In this document: positions 1 to 8,222 of the stretch, piece after piece
Layout: every line of letters begins with the position of its first letter
How positions within the stretch are numbered: the stretch's first letter is position 1
From: Dehalococcoidia bacterium
GTDB lineage: Bacteria > Chloroflexota > Dehalococcoidia > Lucifugimonadales > UBA1127
Direction of reading: 5' to 3'
Assembly: GCA_965205235.1 (NCBI GenBank)
Contig: CBDBGD010000001.1
Span: 27,504-91,503 of the forward strand
Length of the DNA: 64,000 nt
Program-made: the position numbers and the translations under genes
The notes under the pieces: model-generated
What the model was told of the DNA's origin: nothing
The model's input: the letters and a program-made list of their open reading frames with translations, nothing else
Database searches by the model: none

Positions 1-345
1 GAGATGGCGCGGCTCCAGCGGAGCTGCAGGCGTCTCATCTGGCTCAACCCCGGCGCGGGCAGCGAGGACTACGAGCCGCTGACCCGTGGGATGCAGGCCG
101 CATCGCCGTACATCGACGACCTTCTGCCGGTGCACAACCTCGCGGCGCTGCTGGACCTGGCGCGACACCTGAACCGGCTGGCCGGAGACCGGCCCGTGCG
201 CAGGCAGCAGCCATCCCCTGCGGCGTCGGAGCCCGTGGAGGTTGCGGCGACGACGGCGACGCCCCAGCGTTCCTGGCACGCCGACGCGAACCCCACGTTC
301 CGCCACCCCATGTGGGGACGCGGCGACCGGGGACGAAGTCCGTAG
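1..345 (+). CDS. VWA/CoxE-like protein, C-terminal fragment (gene begins upstream of the window)
   Basis: Open frame runs from base 1. The tail 'LIWLNPGAGSEDYEPLTRGMQAASPYIDDLLPVHNLAALLDL' resembles the conserved C-terminus of CoxE-type VWA proteins. Confidence 0.5.
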   Translation, partial: EMARLQRSCRRLIWLNPGAGSEDYEPLTRGMQAASPYIDDLLPVHNLAALLDLARHLNRLAGDRPVRRQQPSPAASEPVEVAATTATPQRSWHADANPTFRHPMWGRGDRGRSP

Positions 346-379
346 CCGGAACGCGGCTACAAGGCTTGCCAATGTCCCT

Positions 380-385
380 TACAAT
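380..385 (+). promoter_or_regulatory. Candidate -10 box TACAAT upstream of the binding-protein gene
   Basis: TACAAT at 380-385 is followed by GGAGGG (403-408) and ATG at 417. The same TACAAT hexamer recurs upstream of several other genes in the window. Confidence 0.35.
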
Positions 386-416
386 GTTTGACAACATGCA
401 ATGGAGGGCGCGCCTC

Positions 417-1568
417 ATGCGACTGTGGGTTCTCGTCATCGGACTGCTGGCGACCTTGGCGGTCGCCGCTTGCGGCGACGGTGACAGCGACCGTCCGTAC
501 CGCATCGGCGTAATGGAGTCGCTCACCGGCCCCGGCGAGACCTACGGCAACGTGGCCGTGCGCGCCAAGCAAATGGCCGCGGACGAGATCAACGCTGCAG
601 GCGGGATCGACGGGCGCATGCTCGAGCTCATCGTGGAAGACTCCAAGTGCAGCGCGCTGGACGCCATCACCGCCTATCAGAAGCTCACGAACGTTGACGA
701 GAGGAAGATCATCCTCGGCACCTCGTGCAGCGGGGCCATGCTCGGCGTCGCGCCTCTGGCGGAGGACGACGGGGTGATCCTGTTCTCCGGGCTGGCCAGC
801 AACCCGGACATCGCCAATGCGGGCGACTACATCTTCCGGACGCAGATCAGCGACATCGAGGTGGGGATTCGCACGGGCAATGCCCTCTGGGCGGACGGCA
901 TCCGCAAGCTGGCCACCATCACGGAGGAGACCGACTACGCCGAGGGCGTGCGACGTAGCTCCGTGGCGCAGTTCGAAGAGAACGGGGGCGAGGTTGTCGC
1001 CGCGGAGCGCTTCTCGTCAGACATCACGGACTTCAGGTCTCAGCTCACCAAGCTCTTCGCGGCGGAGCCCGACGCGTTACACATAGCGCCCCAGTCCGAG
1101 TTCGCGGCAGGCACCATCATCAAGCAGGCCCGGGAGCTGGGCTACCAGGGCCCGATCTACGGCGAGACCATCACCGTGGGCGCCACGGCCCTCGAAATTG
1201 CCGGAGAGGCCGCGACGGGCGTCAAGGCGATTACCGCCACTCCCGACCCCAACAATGAGAAGGCCCAGGAGGTCCTGGCCAACTTCCGCGAGCGCTACGA
1301 CTACATCACCCTGCCCTGGCACCTGGGCTCCGCCTACGACGACGTCTACATCACCGCAGAGTGCCTCAGCCGGACCAAGGACGACCAGGACGCAGACGGC
1401 TTCCGCGACTGCCTCTACGAGATCACCTGGAGCGGCGCTCTGGGCGACGACTATAGCTTCGACGAAAAGGGCGAGGTGGTCGGCCTCTCCAGGGCCGTCG
1501 TGGAGGTCCTTTCCGTCGCCGATCGAACGGAAGAGAACTACGGCTACAAGGTCGTCAACGGCGGCTAG
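417..1568 (+). CDS. ABC transporter substrate-binding lipoprotein, LivK/PBP1 (branched-chain amino acid type) family
   Basis: The ORF track frame starts at 312 (GTG). ATG 417 is preferred: it has a GGAGGG RBS 8 nt upstream and gives the lipoprotein signal 'MRLWVLVIGLLATLAVAAC'. Body motif 'RIGVMESLTGPGETYGNVAVRAKQMAADEINAAGGIDGRMLELIVEDSKC' is typical of the LivK family. Confidence 0.85.
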   Translation: MRLWVLVIGLLATLAVAACGDGDSDRPYRIGVMESLTGPGETYGNVAVRAKQMAADEINAAGGIDGRMLELIVEDSKCSALDAITAYQKLTNVDERKIILGTSCSGAMLGVAPLAEDDGVILFSGLASNPDIANAGDYIFRTQISDIEVGIRTGNALWADGIRKLATITEETDYAEGVRRSSVAQFEENGGEVVAAERFSSDITDFRSQLTKLFAAEPDALHIAPQSEFAAGTIIKQARELGYQGPIYGETITVGATALEIAGEAATGVKAITATPDPNNEKAQEVLANFRERYDYITLPWHLGSAYDDVYITAECLSRTKDDQDADGFRDCLYEITWSGALGDDYSFDEKGEVVGLSRAVVEVLSVADRTEENYGYKVVNGG

Positions 1569-1631
1569 GGCGCGCGGCGCCATCCAGCGACGGCGGTCGA
1601 GCTTCTCCAAACACCCGACAGAGGCGTGTGC

Positions 1632-1925
1632 ATGACGATCGAGGGAATGCCATCGGGAGTCATTCCTGTCGGCGCTTCGCTTGAATTCACCCGCGACACC
1701 CTGCCGGACGCGCTGCAGCGGGAGCACGCGCTGGGAGATGGCCGTTGGGGCCTCTTGCGCGTCTTCGAGGGGAATCTGGTGTACGTGGACCTCGCCGGCG
1801 GGAACGAACGGCTCGTCGGGGCGCCGGACACGGTTGTCATCGCGCCGCGGCGGCCGCACAAGGTGGTCGTCAGCGGTCCTGTGCGCTGCCGGATTGACTT
1901 CTACCGGGAGCCGGAGGCGTGCTAG
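1632..1925 (+). CDS. DUF1971 (YeaR / TehB C-terminal-like) small protein
   Basis: About 97 aa. The pattern 'LPDALQREHAL..GRWGLLRVFEGNLVYVD....VIAPRRPHKV.....CRIDFY' matches the DUF1971 layout. Start could be GTG 1626 or ATG 1632. Confidence 0.55.
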   Translation: MTIEGMPSGVIPVGASLEFTRDTLPDALQREHALGDGRWGLLRVFEGNLVYVDLAGGNERLVGAPDTVVIAPRRPHKVVVSGPVRCRIDFYREPEAC

Positions 1926-1964
1926 ACGGCCGTCCGGCGGCCAGTACCGACGCCGGTCCGCTTT

Positions 1965-2912
1965 TCACGCGACGCTTCTCCCCCGGCTCTGCTCGTAGAG
2001 CCCGTCGGCCCACGATGTGATGTCAGCTTCCCACGTGAGCTTGCTCCGCCACTCGGCCGGGATGCCCTCGACGCCGTAGTGCGCCCCGGCGAGCTGCCCG
2101 TAGATTGCGGTGGTGGTGTCGGCGTCATCGCCCAGGTTCGCGGCCAGGAGCGCCCCGTGGCGGTAGTCCCGGCTCCTGTGGAAGGCCCACAGCGCCGCCT
2201 CCAGGGAGTCCACCACGTAGCCCGTCCCCCGGATGGCCGGCGGCTCCCGGCGCTTGAATGAGCCGCCCGCAACCTCGGCAATCTTGGCAGCGAGGGGACT
2301 CCGCTCCCACAGACCCTCGACCGGGCAGTAGTGCAGCGAGAGCAGTCGCTCCTTCTCGACGCCACGCAGCGCGCCGACGATCAGCCCGGCGTAGTAGCGG
2401 CACGCGTCGACCGTTTCCTGTGCCCCGTGCGTGGTCCGGGAGCTGTCCGCGCTCCGCTCGATGGCCTCGGTGGCGTCGTGGGCGAAGAACATCGGCACCG
2501 GCGCGAGGCGCATGAGCGAGCCGTTTCCGGCGGAGTTCGGGTCGGTGGAGCCGGCGTACGGCTCGCCGGTCGCCTCGAAACGCCCCAGCGCCCGGCACAC
2601 GGTCCCGCCGATGTCGAAACACCTTCCCGTGGACGAGAGGTAACCGTGCTTCCACCAGCGCACGTAGCGTTGCATCTGGTCCACCGGGTCGAAGCCGCTC
2701 TTCTCGAGCAGGCTCGTGGTCAGGCACAGGGCCATCGACGTGTCGTCGGTCCACTGGCCGGGCTGCAGGTTGAAGCACCCGCCGCCGACCATGTCCTCGA
2801 TGGGCTGGAACGTGCCGGGCTTCTTGAACTCCAGCGTCGTGCCCAGGGCGTCGCCTGCGGCCAGGCCCAGCAGGCAGCCTCGGAAGCGGTCTCGGGGCGC
2901 TATGTCGGCCAG
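1965..2912 (-). CDS. ADP-ribosylglycohydrolase family protein (DraG/ARH-like)
   Basis: 'DRFRGCLLGLAAGDALGTTLEFKKPG...GQWTDDTSMALCL' and C-terminal 'GDDADTTTAIYGQLAGAHYG' are ARH signatures. The start is uncertain. The track start (TTG 3029) overlaps the upstream gene by 113 nt. An in-frame CTG at 2912-2910 lies 7 nt downstream of a GGAGG and just before the conserved N-terminus. Confidence 0.8.
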   Translation of the reverse strand: MADIAPRDRFRGCLLGLAAGDALGTTLEFKKPGTFQPIEDMVGGGCFNLQPGQWTDDTSMALCLTTSLLEKSGFDPVDQMQRYVRWWKHGYLSSTGRCFDIGGTVCRALGRFEATGEPYAGSTDPNSAGNGSLMRLAPVPMFFAHDATEAIERSADSSRTTHGAQETVDACRYYAGLIVGALRGVEKERLLSLHYCPVEGLWERSPLAAKIAEVAGGSFKRREPPAIRGTGYVVDSLEAALWAFHRSRDYRHGALLAANLGDDADTTTAIYGQLAGAHYGVEGIPAEWRSKLTWEADITSWADGLYEQSRGRSVA

Positions 2913-2916
2913 ACGC

Positions 2917-3474
2917 CTACCTCCCCTGCGACGGCTCGGCCCAACGCCGCACGTAGTCGCGCTGCTCGGGCGTCTGCGGCGAGGTGGGTATCCTGTCGGC
3001 CTTCTCGACTGTCTTCCACCACTCCGCAATCTGGCCCAAGGCCTCGTCGCCGGTGCATCCGTGCCGCACGAGCCAGCAGCCCACCACCGTTCCCGTGCGC
3101 CCGACGCCGCCCCAGCAGTGGACGTAGACGCTCCTGCCGCTGCTCATCGCCGCGTCGATGGCGTCCAGGATGGCGGCCATCCGCTGGGGGCTGCTCGGAA
3201 CGTCCAGATCGGTGACGGGGTGCCGCTCAAAACGGGGGCATACACCCAGCGGACGTGCCTCGCTCCTAGCCGTCTCCGCGTATGGTGGCAGTTCCCCCGG
3301 CTGCGTCAGGTCGATGAAGTGGTCGATGCCGGCGCGCAGCAGCGCTCTCACCCGCGCCGCAGCATCGACAGGGTGTGTCGCGCTCGGATACTCCCCCGCT
3401 GCGAAGCGTCCCGGGACTACCCAGTAGCTGTTGGCCAAAGGGCGGTCCGGGCTATTGGTTGCGTTGGATGCCAC
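2917..3474 (-). CDS. Dual-specificity / Cys-based protein phosphatase-like protein
   Basis: HCX5R active-site loop 'VHCWGGVGRTG'. Size is 185 aa. It lies immediately upstream of the ARH gene on the same strand. Confidence 0.75.
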   Translation of the reverse strand: MASNATNSPDRPLANSYWVVPGRFAAGEYPSATHPVDAAARVRALLRAGIDHFIDLTQPGELPPYAETARSEARPLGVCPRFERHPVTDLDVPSSPQRMAAILDAIDAAMSSGRSVYVHCWGGVGRTGTVVGCWLVRHGCTGDEALGQIAEWWKTVEKADRIPTSPQTPEQRDYVRRWAEPSQGR

Positions 3475-3631
3475 GATTCCCTACCTCTGGGGTGTGGTAG
3501 CGGATGAGTCCGCTCGCAATATACACGGTAATTCCATTGTAGCACGCTGCCGGAGGGCGTCCCGGCAGCGCACAGGGAAGGCTGCCCACGCCGACTCTCC
3601 TCTCGGAAGGCAGAATACTTGGCAGGGAGGG

Positions 3632-3637
3632 TACAAT
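3632..3637 (+). promoter_or_regulatory. Candidate -10 box TACAAT upstream of the permease gene
   Basis: TACAAT lies 35 nt upstream of ATG 3672. AAGGAG RBS lies between them. Confidence 0.35.
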
Positions 3638-3671
3638 GGCAAAACCCTCAAGGTCTTCCAAGGAGTGACCG

Positions 3672-5426
3672 ATGGCTGAGACAGTTGTGAACGAGCACGT
3701 CCGATACGAGCCGGATGAGACACCGCCGCCGCTGATAGCGCTCGGTGCGGGCGCGCAGGCGGCGATGCTGATCGTCGCGCCCGTCGTCCTCACCGTGGTC
3801 GTCGTCGTCCGCATCGCAGAGGCCTCGGAGAGCTACCTGGTGTGGGGCGTCTTCGCTGCGATGGTTGTCTGCGGCCTGACCACCGTGTTGCAGGCCGCGC
3901 GATGGGGCCGTTTCGGCTCGGGGCACGTGCTCATCATGGGCACCTCCGGCGCGTTCATCGCCGTGTGCGTGGCCGCCCTGAAGCTCGCCGGCCCGTCGAC
4001 GCTGGCCACCCTCGTCGTGATCTCATCCCTGTTCCAGTTCCTGCTGGCGGCCAGGCTCTCGCTGCTCCGGCGCATCTTCACCCCGGTCGTCACAGGCACG
4101 GTGATCATGCTCATTGCCGCCACCGTGGCACCCGTTCTCTACGACACGCTGGGCAACGTGCCGGACGGCACGGACTCGGCCGCTGCACCGCTGACCGCCG
4201 TGGTCACCTTGGGCGTCGTCGTGGCCATGGTGCTGCGAGCGCCGCCGTCGCTGCGGCTGTGGTCACCGATCGCAGGCATCGCCGCCGGGTGTGCCGTCGG
4301 TGCGCTCTTCGGTCTGTACGACGTCAATGCTGTCGCCGATGCGGCCTGGTTCGGCGTGCCTGTCCGTGACTGGCCCGGCCTCAACTTGACGCCCGACACC
4401 AACTTCTGGGCGCTGCTTCCCGCCTTCATTGTCGTGACCCTTGTGGGCGCGATCGAGACCATCGGCGATGGCGTGGCGATCCAGCGCATCTCCCGTCGCC
4501 GCCCGCGGGCCACGGACTTCCGGGTGGTGCAGGGCGCGCTCAACGCCGACGGTATGGGCAACCTCCTCTCGGGGTTGGGCGGCACCCTGCCGAACACCAC
4601 CTACTCCACCAGCATCTCCCTTGCCGAGGTCACAGGCATCGGCGCGCGGCGGGTGGGAGTCATCCTGGGGGTGATCATCCTTGCGCTGGCCTTCTTCCCC
4701 AAGTTCGCCGCGTTGCTCATCGCCATCCCGGGCCCAGTGGCCGCCGCGTACCTTCTCGTCCTCATTTCACTGCTCTTCGTCCAGGGCATGAAGATCGTCA
4801 TCCAGGACGGCGTCGACCACCGCAAGGCCACCGTTGCCGGCATCGCCTTCTGGGTCGGCGTCGGATTCCAGAACGGCTGGATTTTCGCCGACCAGTTGGG
4901 CGACGGCTTCCTCGGCGTTCTCCTGGGCAACGGTATGACCTCCGGAGCAATCGTCGCCGTCCTCATGATGGTCTTCCTGGAGATCACCGGCCCCCGGCGA
5001 GTGCGGCTGCGCGTGGGCGTGGACAAGGAGACGTTGCCCAAGCTCGCCGACTTCCTGCGGGGCTTCGCGAAGAAAGCCGGCTGGAGCGATGCCTCGGCCG
5101 AGCGGCTGGTCTTGGTCGGCGAGGAAACGATGCACAGCATGGCCTCCGACGACACCTCCGAGCCGGCGACGGGAAGACGCCTCGTGGTGACCGCCCGTTC
5201 CGTGGGCGGCGGCGCGGAGCTGGAGTTTGTCTCCGCAACGGATGAGGACAACCTGGAGGACCGGCTCGCCTACATGGGCGAGAACCCGGACATCTCAGAC
5301 GGCCGCGACATCTCCTTCCGCCTGCTGCGGCGCCTCTCCTCGTCCGTCGCGCACCAGAAGTACCACGGTGTCGACATCGTCTCCGTCAACGTCGCCAACC
5401 CCCGAAGCGGCGGCGAGGACACGTAG
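3672..5426 (+). CDS. NCS2 (xanthine/uracil-type nucleobase) permease with an extra C-terminal cytosolic domain
   Basis: Multi-TM protein with the NCS2-like segment 'NADGMGNLLSGLGGTLPNTTYSTSISLAEVTGIGARRVG'. The last ~145 aa are hydrophilic and not part of the transporter core. Confidence 0.8.
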   Translation: MAETVVNEHVRYEPDETPPPLIALGAGAQAAMLIVAPVVLTVVVVVRIAEASESYLVWGVFAAMVVCGLTTVLQAARWGRFGSGHVLIMGTSGAFIAVCVAALKLAGPSTLATLVVISSLFQFLLAARLSLLRRIFTPVVTGTVIMLIAATVAPVLYDTLGNVPDGTDSAAAPLTAVVTLGVVVAMVLRAPPSLRLWSPIAGIAAGCAVGALFGLYDVNAVADAAWFGVPVRDWPGLNLTPDTNFWALLPAFIVVTLVGAIETIGDGVAIQRISRRRPRATDFRVVQGALNADGMGNLLSGLGGTLPNTTYSTSISLAEVTGIGARRVGVILGVIILALAFFPKFAALLIAIPGPVAAAYLLVLISLLFVQGMKIVIQDGVDHRKATVAGIAFWVGVGFQNGWIFADQLGDGFLGVLLGNGMTSGAIVAVLMMVFLEITGPRRVRLRVGVDKETLPKLADFLRGFAKKAGWSDASAERLVLVGEETMHSMASDDTSEPATGRRLVVTARSVGGGAELEFVSATDEDNLEDRLAYMGENPDISDGRDISFRLLRRLSSSVAHQKYHGVDIVSVNVANPRSGGEDT

Positions 5427-5432
5427 GCGGCG

Positions 5433-7160
5433 ATGCTCAGACTGCTTAGCATCACCAACTTCGCCACCATCGAGCGGCTCGAGCTGGAGCTGACGCCCGG
5501 CTTCAACGTGCTGACCGGCGAGACCGGCGCGGGCAAGTCGATCATCGTCGATGCGCTGGTCCTCCTGCTGGGAGGCCGCGCCGATGGCGGCATGGTCCGT
5601 TCCGGGGCGCGCCAGTCCAGGGTGGAGGGCGTCTTCGTGCTCGACGGCGACCTCGCCCAGCGCATGGACCGCGCCCTCGATGGCTACGGCATCGTCAGCG
5701 GCGAGGAGGAGATCATCCTGGCCCGCGAGGTCAACCTGGATGGCCGCAACACGTGCCGCGTGAACGGCCGCATCGTGCCGCTCCGGCTGCTGAGCGCGCT
5801 GGCCGAGCACCTGGTGGACATCCACGGCCAGAACCAGCACCTGTCGCTGTTCCGCGTGCGCGAGCACGTCGACATCCTCGACAGGTACGGCGGGCTGTGG
5901 CCGCTTCGCGGGCGCGTGTCGGAGCGCATTGGCGAGCTTCGGGACGTGCGCCGGGAGCTGGACCAGCTTCGGACGGAGGAGCGCGAGCACGCCCAGCGCG
6001 TGGACTTTCTCCGGTACCAGGTGGACGAGGTCCGCGCCGCCGACCTGCGTCCCGGCGAGGAGGAGGGCCTGGTCCTCGAGCGCGACCGCGTCGCCAACGC
6101 CGAGCGAATCCTGACGCTCTCCGAGAACGCCTACCGGACACTGTACGACAGCTTCGACCGGCAGTCGTCCGTCACGGAGCTTGTTGGCCAGGTGGCCCAG
6201 GACCTGGCGCAGCTGGAGCGGCTGGACCCGTCGTTGCGCGAGGTCCTGGGGTCCGCGGATGCCCTGGCCCACCAGGTCGACGAGCTGGCGCGCACGCTGC
6301 GCACCTACCAGGACGGCATCGCGTACAGCCCGGAGCGGCTCCAGGAGCTCGAAGGGCGCCTGGACCTGATCCGCGGCCTCAAGCGGAAGTACGGCAGCAC
6401 CATCGAGGAGATTCTCGCTTTCGCCGAGCGGGCCGCGACGGACCTCAACAGGCTGTCCCACAGCGAAGAGCGCGCCGACAAACTGACGTCGCGAGAAGCG
6501 GAGCTTCGGGCGGAGGTTGGTGTGCTGGCGGGGGAGCTGTCGGCGGCCCGCCGCGATGCGGCGTCGCGCCTCGCCGGGGCTGTCGAGGGTGAGGTGGCCG
6601 ACCTCGCCGCGGAGCACGTGCAGATGCACGTGGACGTTCGGCAGACGGGCGCGGAGGATGGCGTCGCGGTCGAAGCTGAGGAGCGCTTCGCCTTCAACGA
6701 TACGGGCATAGACACCGTCGAGTTCCTGATTTCGTTGAACCTCGGCGAGCCGCCGCGGCCCCTGGCCAGGATCGCTTCGGGAGGTGAGGCCGCCCGGCTC
6801 ATGCTCGCCATCAAGACCATCCTCTCCGCCGCCGACCGGATTCCAATCCTCGTGTTCGACGAGATTGACGCGGGCATCGGCGGCCGAATCGGGAGCATCC
6901 TGGGGCAGAAGCTCTGGGGCCTCGCGAGGGGGCACCAGGTGCTGTGCGTGACGCATCTGCCGCAGTTGGCCTGCTACGCCGACCGCCACGTCCGGGTCGT
7001 GAAGGAGACGTCGGACGGTAGGACCGTGACCTCGGTGGGGGCCCTGGCAGGTGAGGCCCGGGTGACGGAGCTGAGCGAGATGCTCGGCTCCGACGGGCGC
7101 GTGACCCGCGACAACGCCGCCGAGATGCTGGCGCAGGCGACGAGGTGGAAGGCGGGCTAG
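5433..7160 (+). CDS. recN: DNA repair protein RecN
   Basis: N-terminus 'MLRLLSITNFATIERLELELTPGFNVLTGETGAGKSIIVDAL'. Long coiled-coil middle. C-terminal 'SGGEAARLMLAIK...ILVFDEIDAGIGG'. Confidence 0.95.
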   Translation: MLRLLSITNFATIERLELELTPGFNVLTGETGAGKSIIVDALVLLLGGRADGGMVRSGARQSRVEGVFVLDGDLAQRMDRALDGYGIVSGEEEIILAREVNLDGRNTCRVNGRIVPLRLLSALAEHLVDIHGQNQHLSLFRVREHVDILDRYGGLWPLRGRVSERIGELRDVRRELDQLRTEEREHAQRVDFLRYQVDEVRAADLRPGEEEGLVLERDRVANAERILTLSENAYRTLYDSFDRQSSVTELVGQVAQDLAQLERLDPSLREVLGSADALAHQVDELARTLRTYQDGIAYSPERLQELEGRLDLIRGLKRKYGSTIEEILAFAERAATDLNRLSHSEERADKLTSREAELRAEVGVLAGELSAARRDAASRLAGAVEGEVADLAAEHVQMHVDVRQTGAEDGVAVEAEERFAFNDTGIDTVEFLISLNLGEPPRPLARIASGGEAARLMLAIKTILSAADRIPILVFDEIDAGIGGRIGSILGQKLWGLARGHQVLCVTHLPQLACYADRHVRVVKETSDGRTVTSVGALAGEARVTELSEMLGSDGRVTRDNAAEMLAQATRWKAG

Positions 7161-7627
7161 AACCCCGGCCAGCCGGGCAGAGCGGCCGCCTGCCGGACCC
7201 AGCTAGCGACCTGCTCTTCGTCGATGTGGCCGTCCTCATAGATATGGAAGTAGCGCGCGTCCTTGTCCTTGGAATCGACCGGCGGCAGAGGGGTCAGCGA
7301 CTTGCCGAAGACAAACACCACCTTGACGTACCTGTTGAAGCAGTGGTAGCTCATGAACCACCCCTGGCCCTCGACGCCGTACCACGGCGAGTTCCAACGC
7401 ACGGCCTTCCGCACGTTGGGCACGGCGCGCACGATGAGCGCGTCGAGGCGGCGGCCCGCATCGCTTTTCCACCCCGGCATCGCCGCGATGTACGCCTGCA
7501 CCGGCGCGTCGCCGTCCGCCTTTGCGATCTGCGGGTTGCCGCCGGAGAGCAGGACGACGCCGTCAGCGCTCCGGTGCAGCGCCTTCATCGCGCCCTTGGC
7601 CGTCTTGTTGGTCGTCTTGCCGGGCAT
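7157..7627 (-). CDS. DUF1801 (YdhG-like) domain protein
   Basis: 'APVQAYIAAMPGWKSDAGRRLDALIVRAVPNVRKAVRWNSPWYG' matches the DUF1801 pattern. Start is taken at the internal ATG (MPGKTT); the track ORF extends to 7678. Its stop overlaps the recN stop in a shared CTAG. Confidence 0.65.
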   Translation of the reverse strand: MPGKTTNKTAKGAMKALHRSADGVVLLSGGNPQIAKADGDAPVQAYIAAMPGWKSDAGRRLDALIVRAVPNVRKAVRWNSPWYGVEGQGWFMSYHCFNRYVKVVFVFGKSLTPLPPVDSKDKDARYFHIYEDGHIDEEQVASWVRQAAALPGWPGF

Positions 7628-7659
7628 GGCGATGTTCGAGCTCCCGCGGCGCCTCGACG

Positions 7660-8157
7660 TTACTGCCTCAGGCGCCACCAGACGCCGTCCGAGTCGCGCC
7701 GGCAGACGCTGGCCTGGATGTCGGCAGGCAGCGCGTTGCAGAGGTCGTTCACGGTGGTATCGTAGTAGAGCTTTGCGCGGTCCTCCACGAACTGCCTCAG
7801 CTGCTCTTCCAGCCTTGCGATGTCGTCTCCCATCCCTTCCAGGTCATCCCGTAGGCGATTGATGACGCTGTTGGTCCTTGCCTCGTAGTCCGCAAGGGCC
7901 AGGCGCTGCTGCTCCAACCGCTGGGCCAGGTCCTCCTCGCTCCTCCTCGCGTTGAGCAGCCGGGTCTCCAGCACGTCGATGCGTTGAGACAGAGGCGCCA
8001 CCTGGGCTTCCAGATCGCCAATGCCTTCACCCAGGCTGGTGGTGTCCTCCTTGAGACTGCTCAGCTCCGCGTTCACTTCCTCGCTGCCGGCGTCAGAGGA
8101 GCACGCTGTGAGAACGAGAGCTATCGAGAGCATGGCCACCATCAGGAATCGCCTCAT
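7660..8157 (-). CDS. Coiled-coil lipoprotein, function unknown
   Basis: ATG at 8157 is preceded by AGGAGG. Signal 'MRRFLMVAMLSIALVLTAC' is followed by heptad-rich Glu/Leu/Arg sequence. The track ORF (to 8634) overlaps the LicD gene and is rejected upstream of 8157. Confidence 0.6.
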   Translation of the reverse strand: MRRFLMVAMLSIALVLTACSSDAGSEEVNAELSSLKEDTTSLGEGIGDLEAQVAPLSQRIDVLETRLLNARRSEEDLAQRLEQQRLALADYEARTNSVINRLRDDLEGMGDDIARLEEQLRQFVEDRAKLYYDTTVNDLCNALPADIQASVCRRDSDGVWWRLRQ

Positions 8158-8222
8158 GGTTATCCTCCTGCAATTCGTCGATGCTTGCTCGGACGCCGAC
8201 CAACTCTCCGTGCGAGAAGGGC

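Noticed and set aside
3475-3671. Purine riboswitch upstream of the NCS2 nucleobase permease.
   Set aside because: The likely -10 (TACAAT, 3632-3637) leaves only a ~30-nt leader. The three-way-junction consensus of purine riboswitches is not discernible in the 200-bp region. The hairpin GCTGCCGG-n8-CCGGCAGC (3549-3572) lies upstream of the putative promoter.
5295-6989. Very long ORFs lying antisense to, or frame-shifted within, well-supported genes. Examples: 5295-6989(-), 17809-19719(-), 22055-24001(-), 24771-25997(-), 35025-36542(-), 36421-38463(-), 48584-51202(-), 54905-56003(-), 61150-62232(-), 32831-34204(+).
   Set aside because: They overlap genes with clear family signatures on the other strand or frame. 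Their translations are low-complexity Arg/Ala/Gly/Pro-rich, as expected for shadow ORFs in GC-rich DNA. None shows a recognisable motif.
7157-7160. Four-nucleotide CTAG shared by the convergent stop codons of recN and the DUF1801 gene; considered as a possible regulatory overlap.
   Set aside because: This is a trivial consequence of TAG being read on both strands of a palindromic CTAG. There is no further structure.
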